64,000 nt of DNA from an uncultured Candidatus Rokubacteria bacterium (GTDB lineage Bacteria > Methylomirabilota > Methylomirabilia > Rokubacteriales > DASRDR01): contig CAVPSB010000013.1 of the NCBI GenBank assembly GCA_963708025.1, forward strand, positions 288,001 to 352,000. Direction: 5' to 3'. Positions 10,464-20,348 of this stretch are shown one piece after another (positions within the stretch are counted from its first letter, which is position 1; every line of letters begins with the position of its first letter). Under the pieces are notes generated by a model. That model saw only the letters and a list, made by a program, of their open reading frames with translations. It was not told the DNA's origin and did no database searches. The position numbers and the translations under genes are program-made.

Positions 10464-11021
10464 CTACGCCGGGCGGCGCGCCAGGCGGTCCCTCACTCCC
10501 TTGAGGCGAAAGCCGAGGGCGATCGTGACGAGGCCGAACAGGATGGCGATGCTCCCGAGCCACCAGAGCATGACCAGGATGCCGACGCCCGGAGCCCGGA
10601 GCAGGACGATGCCGAGCAGGACGGACAGGAGGCCGCTCAGCCCGAGCAGCCACTCGTTCTCGATCTCCCGCCGGAGGTGGACCGCCGCCACGATCTCGAA
10701 GATGCCCCGGACGATGGCCCACGCCGCGACCAGGTAGAGCAGGGCGACCGCGGTGAGGCCGGGCCAGAGGAACGTCAGGACGCCCACCACGACCCCCGCC
10801 AGGCCGGCCAGGAAGGCGCCCCACGGGAACGCGCCGGCGTGCCGCCCGAACAGCGCCCACGCGACCGCCAGCAAGCCCTCGACGAGCGCGTAGGCGCCGT
10901 AGAGCAGCACCAGGACGGCCAGCGTGAGACCCGGCCAGGCGAACGCGGCCACCCCGAAGAGCACGGCGCAGATCCCGCGCAGCACGATCGCCCACCAGTT
11001 CTGAGCCAGAGTCCTGAGCAT
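10464..11021 (-). CDS. hdeD: HdeD family (DUF308) acid-resistance membrane protein
   Basis: NWWAIVLRGICAVLFGVAAFAWPG..LRREIENEWLLGLSGLLSV. Confidence 0.88.
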   Translation of the reverse strand: MLRTLAQNWWAIVLRGICAVLFGVAAFAWPGLTLAVLVLLYGAYALVEGLLAVAWALFGRHAGAFPWGAFLAGLAGVVVGVLTFLWPGLTAVALLYLVAAWAIVRGIFEIVAAVHLRREIENEWLLGLSGLLSVLLGIVLLRAPGVGILVMLWWLGSIAILFGLVTIALGFRLKGVRDRLARRPA

Positions 11022-11039
11022 CGCAGACCTCCTTTCAGC

Positions 11040-11102
11040 GCCTCCCGCCTACCCCCCCACCCCCCCCTCCCCCACCCACCGGGGGGGAGGGGGGAGCCGG
11101 AG
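11040..11102 (-). repeat. G-rich intergenic repeat, copy 2
   Basis: Inverted near-identical copy of 5379-5439. Confidence 0.8.
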
Positions 11103-11133
11103 GCCGTCGCTCACTTCGGCGGACTTCCCGGGA

Positions 11134-12522
11134 TCAGGCCTGCCAGCCGCCGCCGAGGGCCCGGTAGAGGCGCACCACCGCGAGCAGCTCGTCGCGCTGG
11201 GCCTGGGCCAGCGCCAGCTCGGCGTCGAAGAGCTGGCGCTCGGTGTCCAGGACCTCGAGGTAGCTCGTGACGCCGCCGCGGTAGCGGATGTTCGACAGCC
11301 GGGCCGCGTCGCGCAGCGAGCCGACGAGCAGCTCCTGCTGGACGCGGAACTCGCCCCGCTTCCGGTGCTCCACGAGGGCGTCGGAGACCTCGCGGAACGC
11401 CTGCGTGATCGTCTGCTGGTAGCGGACCAGCGCCTCCTGCGCACGCGCCTCGGCCGAATCCACGCCGGCCCCGATGCGGCCCATGTTGAAGATGGGCAGG
11501 CTCACCGAGGGCCCGATCCCGAGGAGCGCGAAGGGGCCGAACCAGGTCCCGTTGATCATCGTCCCGCCGCCGCCGGCGGAGCCCGTGAGGAGGACGCGCG
11601 GGAAGTAGTCCGCCTTGGCGACGCCGATGCGGGCGGTGGCCGCCGCCAGCTGGCTCTCGGCTGTCCGGATGTCCGGCCGACGCTCCAGCAGGGTTGACGG
11701 CAGGCCGGCGGGCACCGCGGGGAGGGCGAGCTGCTGGAGCAGGAGGCGGCCCCGGGGCACCGCGTCCGGGTTCCGGCCGAGCAGGAGGCTGATCAGGTTC
11801 TCCGTCTGCTCGATCTGGCGCTCGATGTCGGGGATGGTCTCCGCCGCCGTGTACAGCAAGACCTCGGCCTGCCGCACGTCGATCAAGGCGGCGACGCCCC
11901 CCTCCTGCCGGAGCTTCACCAGCCGGAGAGAGTCCTGCCGCAAAGCCAGCGTCCTCCTGGAGATCTCCAGCTGCAGGTCGAGCTGGCGGAGCTGGAAGTA
12001 CGCGGTCGCCACGTCGCTCACCAGGGTCGTGACCACGAAGAGCCGTAACTCTTCCGCGCCGAGCAGGTCGGCCCTCGCGGCCTCCGTGGCCCGGCGCAAG
12101 CGCCCCCACAGGTCGATCTCCCAGGCGAGGTCGAGGGTCCCGAGCGGGCTGAACGACTCCTTGAACTGGAGCAGGTTGCGATCGCCGGAGAGGCGCTGGT
12201 AGGGGGCGCTGGCCGACGCGCTCACGTCCGGGAACTGGAACGACCGGGTGATCGTCACCTGGGCCCTCGCGTCGAGGACACGGGCGGCCGCGATGCGCAG
12301 GTCGTAGTTCTCGACCAGGGCGATGCGGATGAGGGACTGCAGCGTCTCGTCCTGGAAGATCTCCCACCAGGCGACGTCGCCGAGGGACGCCGTGCCCATC
12401 GGGGCGTCCGGCGCCCGGCCCCGGAAGTCGGGCGGCACCGGGACGTCGGGCCGCCGGTAGTCGGGCCCCACCGTGCAGCCGGCCAGCAGGAGCGCCGCCG
12501 CCAGGAGCGCGCGGGATCTCAT
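11134..12522 (-). CDS. RND efflux outer-membrane lipoprotein, NodT/OprM family
   Basis: LAGCTVGPDYRRP, WEIDLWGRLRR, LLERRPDIRTAE, LYRALGGGW. Confidence 0.95.
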   Translation of the reverse strand: MRSRALLAAALLLAGCTVGPDYRRPDVPVPPDFRGRAPDAPMGTASLGDVAWWEIFQDETLQSLIRIALVENYDLRIAAARVLDARAQVTITRSFQFPDVSASASAPYQRLSGDRNLLQFKESFSPLGTLDLAWEIDLWGRLRRATEAARADLLGAEELRLFVVTTLVSDVATAYFQLRQLDLQLEISRRTLALRQDSLRLVKLRQEGGVAALIDVRQAEVLLYTAAETIPDIERQIEQTENLISLLLGRNPDAVPRGRLLLQQLALPAVPAGLPSTLLERRPDIRTAESQLAAATARIGVAKADYFPRVLLTGSAGGGGTMINGTWFGPFALLGIGPSVSLPIFNMGRIGAGVDSAEARAQEALVRYQQTITQAFREVSDALVEHRKRGEFRVQQELLVGSLRDAARLSNIRYRGGVTSYLEVLDTERQLFDAELALAQAQRDELLAVVRLYRALGGGWQA

Positions 12523-15500
12523 GCGTGCTGCTCGCCCGGCACCTGCGGGGCCGCACCCGGCTTGGCCAGCGGGCGCTTCACCGGCGCACGTTTCCGGCCC
12601 AGCTCCTCGACGAAGGCGAAGTTCCCGGGGATCAGGAACACCCCGAGGAACGTGGCGATCAGCATCCCCCAGAACACCGCCGTGCCCATGACGTTCTGGG
12701 CGCCGGCACCAGCCCCGCTCGCCCTCATCAGGGGCACGACGCCGAGGATGAAGGCGAACGCCGTCATCAGGATGGGACGGAAGCGCAGCCGGGCCGACTC
12801 CAGCGCGGCATCCTGGACCGGCTGGCCCTCGTCCTGCTTGGCCTTCGCGAACTCGACGATCAGGATCGCGTTCTTGGCGGCGAGACCGACGAGCATGATG
12901 AGGCCGATCTGGACGTACACGTTGTTGTCGTAGCCCGTGAGCCAGACGCCGAAGAAAGCGCCGAGCGCCACCAGCGGGGAGCCGAGCAGCACGGCCCAGG
13001 GCAGGCGCCAGCTCTCGTACATGGCGGCCAGCAGCAGGAAGACGAACACGATGGCCAGGATGAACGTCGGGGCGGAGGGAGGCGCCGTCTTCTCCTGGTA
13101 CGAGAGCGAGGAGTAGGCGAAGCCCATCTCCTTGGGCAGCTTGTCCCGGAAGACCTCCTCCAGCGCGGCCAGGGCCTGCCCCGAGCTGTAGCCCCGCGCA
13201 GGCGTCCCCTGGATCTCCACCGAGCGCAGCAGGTTGAAGCGGGTAGTGATCTCCGTCCCCGGCTGGGAGGTGATGGTGACGAGCGTCGAGAGCGGGATCA
13301 TGGTGTTGGTCGTGCGGCTGCGGACGTAGACCTGGCCGATGTCCTCGGGCTTCCGGCGGTAGTCGGCGTCCGACTGGACGTAGACCCGATAGAGGCGGCC
13401 GAACCGGTTGAAGTCGTTGACGTAGGTGCCGCCCATCGCCGCCGACATGGCCTGGAAGACGTCGTTGATGGACACGCCGAGCGTGCGCGCCTTCTCCCGG
13501 TCCAGCTCCACCTTGACCTGGGGATAGGTGGGGTCGAACGAGGTGAAGAGGGAGGCGAGCTCGGGCCGCTGGCGCGCCGCCCCCAGGAAGGCGCGCGTCT
13601 GGGCGCCGAGCTGGTCCACGCTCAGCGTGCCGCTGCGGTCCTGGAGCAGGAAGTTGAAGCCGGCGGAGGCGCCGAAGCCCGAGATGGTCGGGATGTTGAA
13701 CGGGAACGCGATCGCCTCGGGGATCTGCACGAGCTGCCGGCCCACCTGGGCCATGATGCCCTTCACGTGCAGAGCCTCACCGTGCCGCTCCTCCCACGGC
13801 TTGAGGCGAACGAAGATACTCCCGAAGTTCGGCTGGTAGGTGCTGGTGACGGCCCCGTACCCGCCGATCGTCTGGTAGGACTCGACCCCTTCGGTCTTGG
13901 CGAGGATCGCCTCGACCTTCCGCAGCACGGCGCTCGTCCGCTCCAGCGAGGCCGCCGGCGGAAGCTGCACGTTGACGCCGAAAAGCCCCTGGTCCTCGTC
14001 GGGGATGAACCCGGCCGGGAGCCGGCCACCCAGCAGGACGACCCCGGCCACCACCACGCCCACGATCAGGATCGTGACGATCGCGTGCCGCACCAGCAGG
14101 CGGGCCACACCCACGTAGCCCTTGGTCGCGCCGTCGAACACCCGGTTGAACCCCCGGAAGAAGTACCCCAGTGGCCCCCGCATGGGGCGGGCCGGTTTGA
14201 GGAGCATGGCCGAGAGCGCCGGCGACAGCGAGAGGGCGCTGAAGGCCGAGAGAAGCACGGAGATCGCAATGGTGAGCGCGAACTGCTGGAACATCTGCCC
14301 GGTGAGCCCGCCCAGGAACCCGACCGGGACGAACACCGCGGACAGGATGAGCGCGATCCCGATGACCGGCGCCGAGACCTCCTTCATGGCCTGGGCGGTG
14401 GCGTCGCGCGGGCTCATGCCGTGCTCGATGTGGTGCATGACCGCCTCGACGACCACGATGGCATCGTCCACGACGATGCCGATCGCCAGCACGAGGCCGA
14501 ACATCGAGAGCGTGTTGAGCGAGAAGCCGAGCAGCGGGAAGAAGATGAAGGTGCCGATGATCGATACCGGCACCGTCAGGAGCGGGATGATCGTGGCCCG
14601 GACGTTCTGGAGGAAGATGAACACCACCAGCGTGACCAGGATGAGCGCCTCGACGAAGGTGTGCACGATCGACTCGATCGAGGCCTTCACCGCCGGGGTG
14701 GTGTCGTACACGATCGTGTAGTCGAGATCCGGCGGGAACAGGCCCTTGGCCGTCGTCATGGTCTTGTAGATGGCCTCGGACGCCTGGAGCTGGTTCGCGC
14801 CGGGGAGCAGGTAGACGGCCATCGCGCCGGAGGGCTTCCCGTCGAGCCGGCCGAACGAGTTGTAGTCCTGGCTGCCGAGCTCGGCCCGCCCCACGTCCCG
14901 GACCCGGACCGGGGAGCCGGTGGACGCCTCGCGGATGATGATGTTGTCGAACTCCTCGGTGGTCACGAGACGGCCGGGCGCGCTCACCGTGAAGGTGAAC
15001 GCCTGGTCGACGGGCGTCGGCGGCGCGCCGACCCGGCCGGCCGGGGCCTGGAGGTTCTGGTCCTTGATCGCCGAGATCACGTCGCTCGGGGTCAGGCCCA
15101 GCTTGGCCAGCTTGTCGGGCCGAAGCCAGATGCGGAGGCCGTAGTCGGTGCCGCCGAAGAGGTCGACCTGGGCGATCCCGGGGATCCGGAGGATCTGGTC
15201 GCGCAGGTTGATCGACGCGTAGTTGATCAGGAACTTGGCGTCGTAGCTCTCCCCGGGCGAGTAGAGCGAGATCAGCATGAGGATGCTGGGGCTCTGCTTC
15301 TTGACGGTGACGCCCTGCTGGTTCACCTCCTGGGGGAGCCGGGCCTGGGCGGAGGAGACCCGGTTCTGGGTGAGCACGTTGGCGGTGTCCTGGTTGATGC
15401 CGACCTCGAAGTTGACGTCGAGCTGCATGCGGCCGTCGCTGGTGTTCGACGACTTCATGTAGATCATCCGGTCGACGCCGTTGACCTCCTGCTCGATCGG

Positions 15501-15689
15501 CGTGGCCACCGACTGCTCCACCGCCAGGGCCGACGCCCCCGGGTAGTTGGCGGTGACCCGGATGGTGGGGGGCGCCAGGAAGGGGTACTGCTCGAAGCTG
15601 AGCTTGGTGAGCGTGTAGAGCCCCATCAGCACGATGAGGATCGCGATGACGATGGCGACGATGGGACGGCGGATGAAGAAGCTGGCCAC
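12519..15689 (-). CDS. RND efflux permease, HAE1 (AcrB-like)
   Basis: FFIRRPIVA, GIVVDDAIVVVE, AKNAILIVEFAK, RFRPILMTAFAFILGVVP; 1056 aa. Confidence 0.97.
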   Translation of the reverse strand: MASFFIRRPIVAIVIAILIVLMGLYTLTKLSFEQYPFLAPPTIRVTANYPGASALAVEQSVATPIEQEVNGVDRMIYMKSSNTSDGRMQLDVNFEVGINQDTANVLTQNRVSSAQARLPQEVNQQGVTVKKQSPSILMLISLYSPGESYDAKFLINYASINLRDQILRIPGIAQVDLFGGTDYGLRIWLRPDKLAKLGLTPSDVISAIKDQNLQAPAGRVGAPPTPVDQAFTFTVSAPGRLVTTEEFDNIIIREASTGSPVRVRDVGRAELGSQDYNSFGRLDGKPSGAMAVYLLPGANQLQASEAIYKTMTTAKGLFPPDLDYTIVYDTTPAVKASIESIVHTFVEALILVTLVVFIFLQNVRATIIPLLTVPVSIIGTFIFFPLLGFSLNTLSMFGLVLAIGIVVDDAIVVVEAVMHHIEHGMSPRDATAQAMKEVSAPVIGIALILSAVFVPVGFLGGLTGQMFQQFALTIAISVLLSAFSALSLSPALSAMLLKPARPMRGPLGYFFRGFNRVFDGATKGYVGVARLLVRHAIVTILIVGVVVAGVVLLGGRLPAGFIPDEDQGLFGVNVQLPPAASLERTSAVLRKVEAILAKTEGVESYQTIGGYGAVTSTYQPNFGSIFVRLKPWEERHGEALHVKGIMAQVGRQLVQIPEAIAFPFNIPTISGFGASAGFNFLLQDRSGTLSVDQLGAQTRAFLGAARQRPELASLFTSFDPTYPQVKVELDREKARTLGVSINDVFQAMSAAMGGTYVNDFNRFGRLYRVYVQSDADYRRKPEDIGQVYVRSRTTNTMIPLSTLVTITSQPGTEITTRFNLLRSVEIQGTPARGYSSGQALAALEEVFRDKLPKEMGFAYSSLSYQEKTAPPSAPTFILAIVFVFLLLAAMYESWRLPWAVLLGSPLVALGAFFGVWLTGYDNNVYVQIGLIMLVGLAAKNAILIVEFAKAKQDEGQPVQDAALESARLRFRPILMTAFAFILGVVPLMRASGAGAGAQNVMGTAVFWGMLIATFLGVFLIPGNFAFVEELGRKRAPVKRPLAKPGAAPQVPGEQHA

Positions 15690-15693
15690 GGCC

Positions 15694-17130
15694 TTAGCTC
15701 TTGGGCTTCGCGGCCGGCGGCGCCGCCGGCCCCGGGGCTGGCTTCGGCGCGGCGGCCGGCTTCGGCGCGGCGGCCGGCTCCGGCGCCGGGGCCTTGCCGG
15801 GCTCGGGCTTCCCGTCGGGGGTCGCGCTCAGCTGGGCCTTGACCTGCATCCCCGGCCGCGCCTTCTGGATGCCTTCGATGATGACCCGCTCCCCCGGCTT
15901 GAGCCCGGCCGTCACGATGTAGAACTGCTGGTAGGGCTCGCGGATCGTCACGGTCCGCAGCGCCACCTTGTCCCCCTCGCCGACCACCAGGACGGTCTTG
16001 GCGCCCTGGAGCTCCGTCACCGCGAGCTGCGGGACCAGGATCGCGTCGGGCACCTCGTCGGTGATGGCGCGCACTCGCCCGAACTGGCCCGAGCGCAGCA
16101 CGTGCTCGGGATTGGGGAACTGGGCCCGGACCTGGATCGTCCCCGTCTTCTGGTCGATCGCCCGGTCGACGAACACCGGGCGGCCCTTGTGCGAGAAGGT
16201 GGTGCCGTCGGACAGGATCAGCTCCAGCGCGGCAACGTCGGCCCGGACCTCGCCGCGGCCCAGCCCGGGCATCCGCTTGACCAGCCGCAGGTAATCGACC
16301 TCGGCGACCGAGAAGTCCACGAACATCGGGTCCACCGCCGAGACGGTGGCGAGGGTGATGGCGTCCCCCTTGCCGACCAGGTTGCCGCGATCGACGGCCA
16401 GCTTGCTGATGATCCCGGTGATCGGGGCCTCGATGACGGTGTATTTCAGGTTGAGGTCGGCCTGGATCACCCCGGCCTTGGCGGACTCGACGGCCGCCTC
16501 GGCGAGCTGGATGGCGGTGCGCTGGTTCAGCACCGTGTCCTTGAGCGCGGCCTCGGCGGCCTCCACGTTGGCCGCCGCCACCTTCTCCCTGGACACCGCG
16601 GTGTCCAGGTCCTGCTGGGGGATCGCCTGCTGCTCGGCCAGGGGGCGGTACCGGGCCACGTCCGCCTGATTGCGCCCGAGCTCGGCCTTGGCCTCGGCGA
16701 GCTTGGCCTTGACGACATCGACGACCGTGGCATCCCGGGCGCGCGTGAGGTCGGCCTGGGCCTTGGCCAGCTGGGCGCGGGCCGTTTGGAGCGCCGCCTT
16801 GTACTCGTCCTGCTGGATCATGAACAGCAGCTGGCCCTGCTTGACCTCGGAGCCCTCCTTGAACCGGACCTGCTCCAGGATCCCGACGACGCGGGCCCGG
16901 ATCTCCACGGTGGGCACCGCCTCCGTCCGCGACACGAACTCGCCGGCGATCTGGACGGTTCGCTGCGGCACCTCGGCGACGGTGACGGTCGGCGGAGGCT
17001 CGGCCGGCGCCGACTTGGACTCCTTGGCCCCTCCCCGGTCGCAGGCGGCGACCAGCGCCAGCACCGCCATCCCGACCAGGCAGCGGCGCAGAGGTGTCTC
17101 GAGCGTGAAAGCGAGTCGTGACCTCAACAT
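15694..17130 (-). CDS. RND periplasmic adaptor (membrane fusion protein)
   Basis: VEIRARVVG, TVIEAPITG, KTGTIQVRAQFPNP, GLKPGERVIIEG; Pro/Ala-rich tail. Confidence 0.93.
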   Translation of the reverse strand: MLRSRLAFTLETPLRRCLVGMAVLALVAACDRGGAKESKSAPAEPPPTVTVAEVPQRTVQIAGEFVSRTEAVPTVEIRARVVGILEQVRFKEGSEVKQGQLLFMIQQDEYKAALQTARAQLAKAQADLTRARDATVVDVVKAKLAEAKAELGRNQADVARYRPLAEQQAIPQQDLDTAVSREKVAAANVEAAEAALKDTVLNQRTAIQLAEAAVESAKAGVIQADLNLKYTVIEAPITGIISKLAVDRGNLVGKGDAITLATVSAVDPMFVDFSVAEVDYLRLVKRMPGLGRGEVRADVAALELILSDGTTFSHKGRPVFVDRAIDQKTGTIQVRAQFPNPEHVLRSGQFGRVRAITDEVPDAILVPQLAVTELQGAKTVLVVGEGDKVALRTVTIREPYQQFYIVTAGLKPGERVIIEGIQKARPGMQVKAQLSATPDGKPEPGKAPAPEPAAAPKPAAAPKPAPGPAAPPAAKPKS

Positions 17131-17270
17131 GGGCGGCCTCCCGGGCTCCGACCTCGGCCCCGCAGGGCCACGGAACCCCGGTTTCGAAATGCGCGCTTGT
17201 GCCGCCAGTCTACCGCGTTCGCCGGGTCCTGTCACCGCCCCTGGGGCCTTCCGAAGCCGTCCCGGGGGAC

Positions 17271-17490
17271 TCAGAGGAGGCGCAACGGGAAGTTCAGGAT
17301 CAGGCGGATGTCGGGCAGCAGCCCCGGCGTCCCCTACTGCTCCACCAGCCCAGCCCGGGTCTTGATCTGGAGGCCCCGCAGCGCCCCCCGCTGCACCGTG
17401 TAGGTCACGTCGAAGTCGTATTCCCGCCGGTCCGGCGCCGGGCCGCCGGTGGACGTGCTGTCCGCCCCCGTCCCCTGCGCGAACCAGAAA
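17271..17490 (-). pseudogene. C-terminal remnant of an OprD-family porin
   Basis: FWFAQGTGAD..APDRREYDFDVTY..LRGLQIKTRAGLVEQ*GTPGLLPDIRLILNFPLRLL*, matching the end of the intact porin at 23741-25084; internal TAG. Confidence 0.75.
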
Positions 17491-17565
17491 TGCCTCTTCG
17501 ATGCGGGGCGGGAGTCATGCGATCAACCTCGTCCGTTGCAGTGACGCGCGGCCGTGTCAAGGACA

Positions 17566-19735
17566 CTAGCGACGACCGCCGCCCCGGCCGCCGCCGCCAC
17601 CACCACCGCGAGCGCCTCCCCCGCTGAAGCCGCCGGAGCTGCGGGCGCCGGCCCCCCCGCTGCTCGATCCGGAGGTCTGGCTGTAGGAACGCTCACGAGA
17701 CTCTCCCGTGCTCCGAGCCTGCTGCTCGCGGTCCAGTGACTGGGTGGTCTCCCGCGTGGTGCCGGAGCCGCCGCCGCTCCACTGCCCGCCCTCGCTCCGC
17801 TCCCAGCCGTCGGTGCCGCGCCGATAGGCGCTCCCGTCGTGGCCGGCATAGACATCGTTCGCCCGCGCCTGGGCGCGCTGCTGCGCTTGCTGCCGCTGCT
17901 CGCCGCTCAGGCTCTGGGTTCGGCTCTGCAGGTTGGACTTGACCTGGCCCTGGTTCCACTTGCCGTAGGCGTTGGAGCGGTTGATGTTGACGTTCCGGTT
18001 GACGTCAACGTCGACGTCGCCCCGGCAGCAGCCCCAGGCGCCGCCCCAGATCGCCCCTCCGACCGCGGCGCCGACCACGAATCCGGTGAACGCGCCCCAG
18101 GCGAAGCCGGCTCCGGAGCCGTAGTAGGTGGGGGAGTACGGATACCACACGCTGCCGGCATACACGGGGTAGACATAGCCGGTGCCGTACACGACCACGC
18201 TCGTCGGCGCCACGACCGTCCCGTAGTATCCCGGCGTGTACCCCATCACGACCGTGGTGGGCGTGGATCCGTACACGTACACGTAGGTGACGTAGTGCAG
18301 CGGCGAGCTGGCCGGGATGGTGTAGATCACCGCCGGCACGGACGTCGCCACGGTCCACGGGCCGTTCACGGATCGTCCCGACGAACCACACCCCGTTCTG
18401 CAGGGCGTAGTACGTGCTCGCGTCCGCCTGGATGACCGGGATCGGCGAGTTCACCACGTAGTGGAGCGGGGTATCTTCGATCGGTTTGAGCTGCGGCGAC
18501 CCGTCGTAGGTGGCCTGCAGCGTCGCCGTCTGCCGGTTCACCTCGGCCGTCTGCGGGATGCTGTTGTCGATCAAGGCCTCCTGGGCCTGCGGGGTGCCGG
18601 CGACCGAGGCCAGGACGGCGCCGCGCGGATGGTTCTCGGGAATCTTGGCGAAGTCGGGCGGAAGCTTGTCGTGGTCCACGTACTCCCACGGCCCCCGCTC
18701 CAGGGACTTGCCACGGAACCACCGGCCCGCCAGCAGGACGTAGTGATCAGCGGTCTTCTGGTCGACGAGGATGTTGGCCGAGCTGTTCTTGACGTGGAGC
18801 AGCTCGGTCCCGCCGATCGACTCGTAGGCCGGCTGCCCGTCGGTCTGGATCAGCTCCGCCGGCACCGTGCTCACGTGGATGGTCGGGTAGCGCCCCTGCC
18901 CCGCCGCCTCCTTCAATCCCGGCCCCGGGTCGTCCAGCAGGTTGACCTGCTGGCTCTTGGCGAGGCTCTGGCGGGCCGTCTCCAGGGAGGCCGGGGGGCG
19001 GGCCGAGATGGCCCAGGGGCCCTCGACCGCGCCGGCCTCGGCCCAGCGGCCCAGGACGCGCAGGTAGTACTTCCCCGAGGACCCGTCCACGAGGACCAGG
19101 GCCCACGTGTTGATCACTCGAAGGAGCTTGCTCCCTTCCACCTGCCGCAGGACGGGCTTGTCGTCCACCAGGACGAGCAGGGCCGGCGACGGGCTGAACA
19201 GGATGCGGGGCGGGTCGTTCTTGACCGGCTCGGCCTTCTGCTGCCGGCTCTGGGCTTCCGTGATGGCCAGGGAGGCCTGGAGCCGATCGAGGGCGACCGT
19301 CCGCACACCCTTCGGCAGGCTCTTGCGAAGGATCTCCAGATACGTCCAGTCTGCCTTCCCGGCGGCGCCGGGGAAGCTCGCTTTCGTGATCTGGATCTTG
19401 TCCAGCGCCACGAGCCGGTTGACCCGGTCCACCTCCGTCCGGGCCGTGATCCAGGCCACCCCGAAATCGGGCTGGGGCGCGGACGGCTGCTCGACCGAAA
19501 CGGCGGCCCGGGCCTCGAGCGCGGTCCCGTCCCACTTGTCCAGCTGGGGCTGGTAGACGCGGATGGTGTAGGTGCCGCTCGTGACCTGCCGCGGCCACGG
19601 GCGATCCACCTGCTCCGCGGCCGTGCCGCCCCCCGGGCTTTGCGCGGCGACCCGGACCGGGGCATGCGAGAGCACCAGGAGCACAACGAGCGCCATGGCC
19701 GCCCCTCGCCTCAACGGAGCAGTCGTGGCATTCAT
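17566..19735 (-). CDS. Large exported protein of unknown function with Gly/Arg-rich tail; one frameshift near 18369
   Basis: Signal peptide, WPRQ..YQPQLDKW, IYTIPASSPLHYVTYVYVYG..GYTPGYYG; two ORFs join into one protein; family often auto-labelled carbohydrate-binding V/XII (from memory). Confidence 0.75.
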
Positions 19736-19757
19736 GGCAGTTCTCCCCGACGCCATC

Positions 19758-20291
19758 TCACGGCGTCCGGTACGTCAGCCCCGGCCAGCGCGCGAGGCCG
19801 GTCAAGTCGTACTCCGCTTCCTGCCGGTCGAACTGGATGATCTCGGAGAGGAGCAGCCGCAGCACGAAATCGCTCTCCCCCGTCACGCCCTGGAACGCTC
19901 CGGTCCCTCCGGTCAGGACAAACCGCCCGGCGCATCCCTTGTCCGGCGCGCCCGCGCACGTCCATCGGGCGAAGAGTCGGTCCCCGCCCCCGGTCGTGAT
20001 GACGCAGCGCCCTTCGCCGCGCTGGGCTCCGGCCGCATAGTCCATGTCGACCGCGGCCGGGCACACGAGCTGCGCCCCATCGAGAGTCCGGGGCCCCTTC
20101 TCGACGGTGAGGGGTCCACCGAAGGCTCCCAGCAGGAACGCTTGCTGCGGCCCGGTCACGAAGAGCCGCGCCCGGGCCTGCCAGGATGCGGCCGCCTGCA
20201 CCGAGTGCTCCTCCGCGTGCGCCGGAGGCGTGCCACCGATGGCGATGGCCGCGGCCGACAAGATGGATGTGATCGCCTGACGATAGCCCAT
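19758..20291 (-). CDS. Hypothetical exported protein with four Cys
   Basis: Signal peptide ending AHA; LTGGTGAFQGVTG motif; codirectional within the operon. Confidence 0.7.
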   Translation of the reverse strand: MGYRQAITSILSAAAIAIGGTPPAHAEEHSVQAAASWQARARLFVTGPQQAFLLGAFGGPLTVEKGPRTLDGAQLVCPAAVDMDYAAGAQRGEGRCVITTGGGDRLFARWTCAGAPDKGCAGRFVLTGGTGAFQGVTGESDFVLRLLLSEIIQFDRQEAEYDLTGLARWPGLTYRTP

Positions 20292-20348
20292 CCGTACTCT
20301 CCGATGAACCCCTCGATCGCGTTAACGCGACAGACGCAAGTTGGCACC

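Noticed and set aside
15741-15779. 18-bp tandem repeat at the end of the RND adaptor gene
   Set aside because: Encodes an ordinary PAAAPK low-complexity tail
12525-15842. Very long antisense or alternate-frame ORFs (also 2624-5341, 7717-10737, 19572-22934, 27312-29783)
   Set aside because: Shadows of real genes in high-GC DNA; no motifs of their own
17334-17336. In-frame TAG in the porin remnant (and in glgA) as pyrrolysine or recoding
   Set aside because: Both occur in truncated fragments and no pyl genes are present in the window
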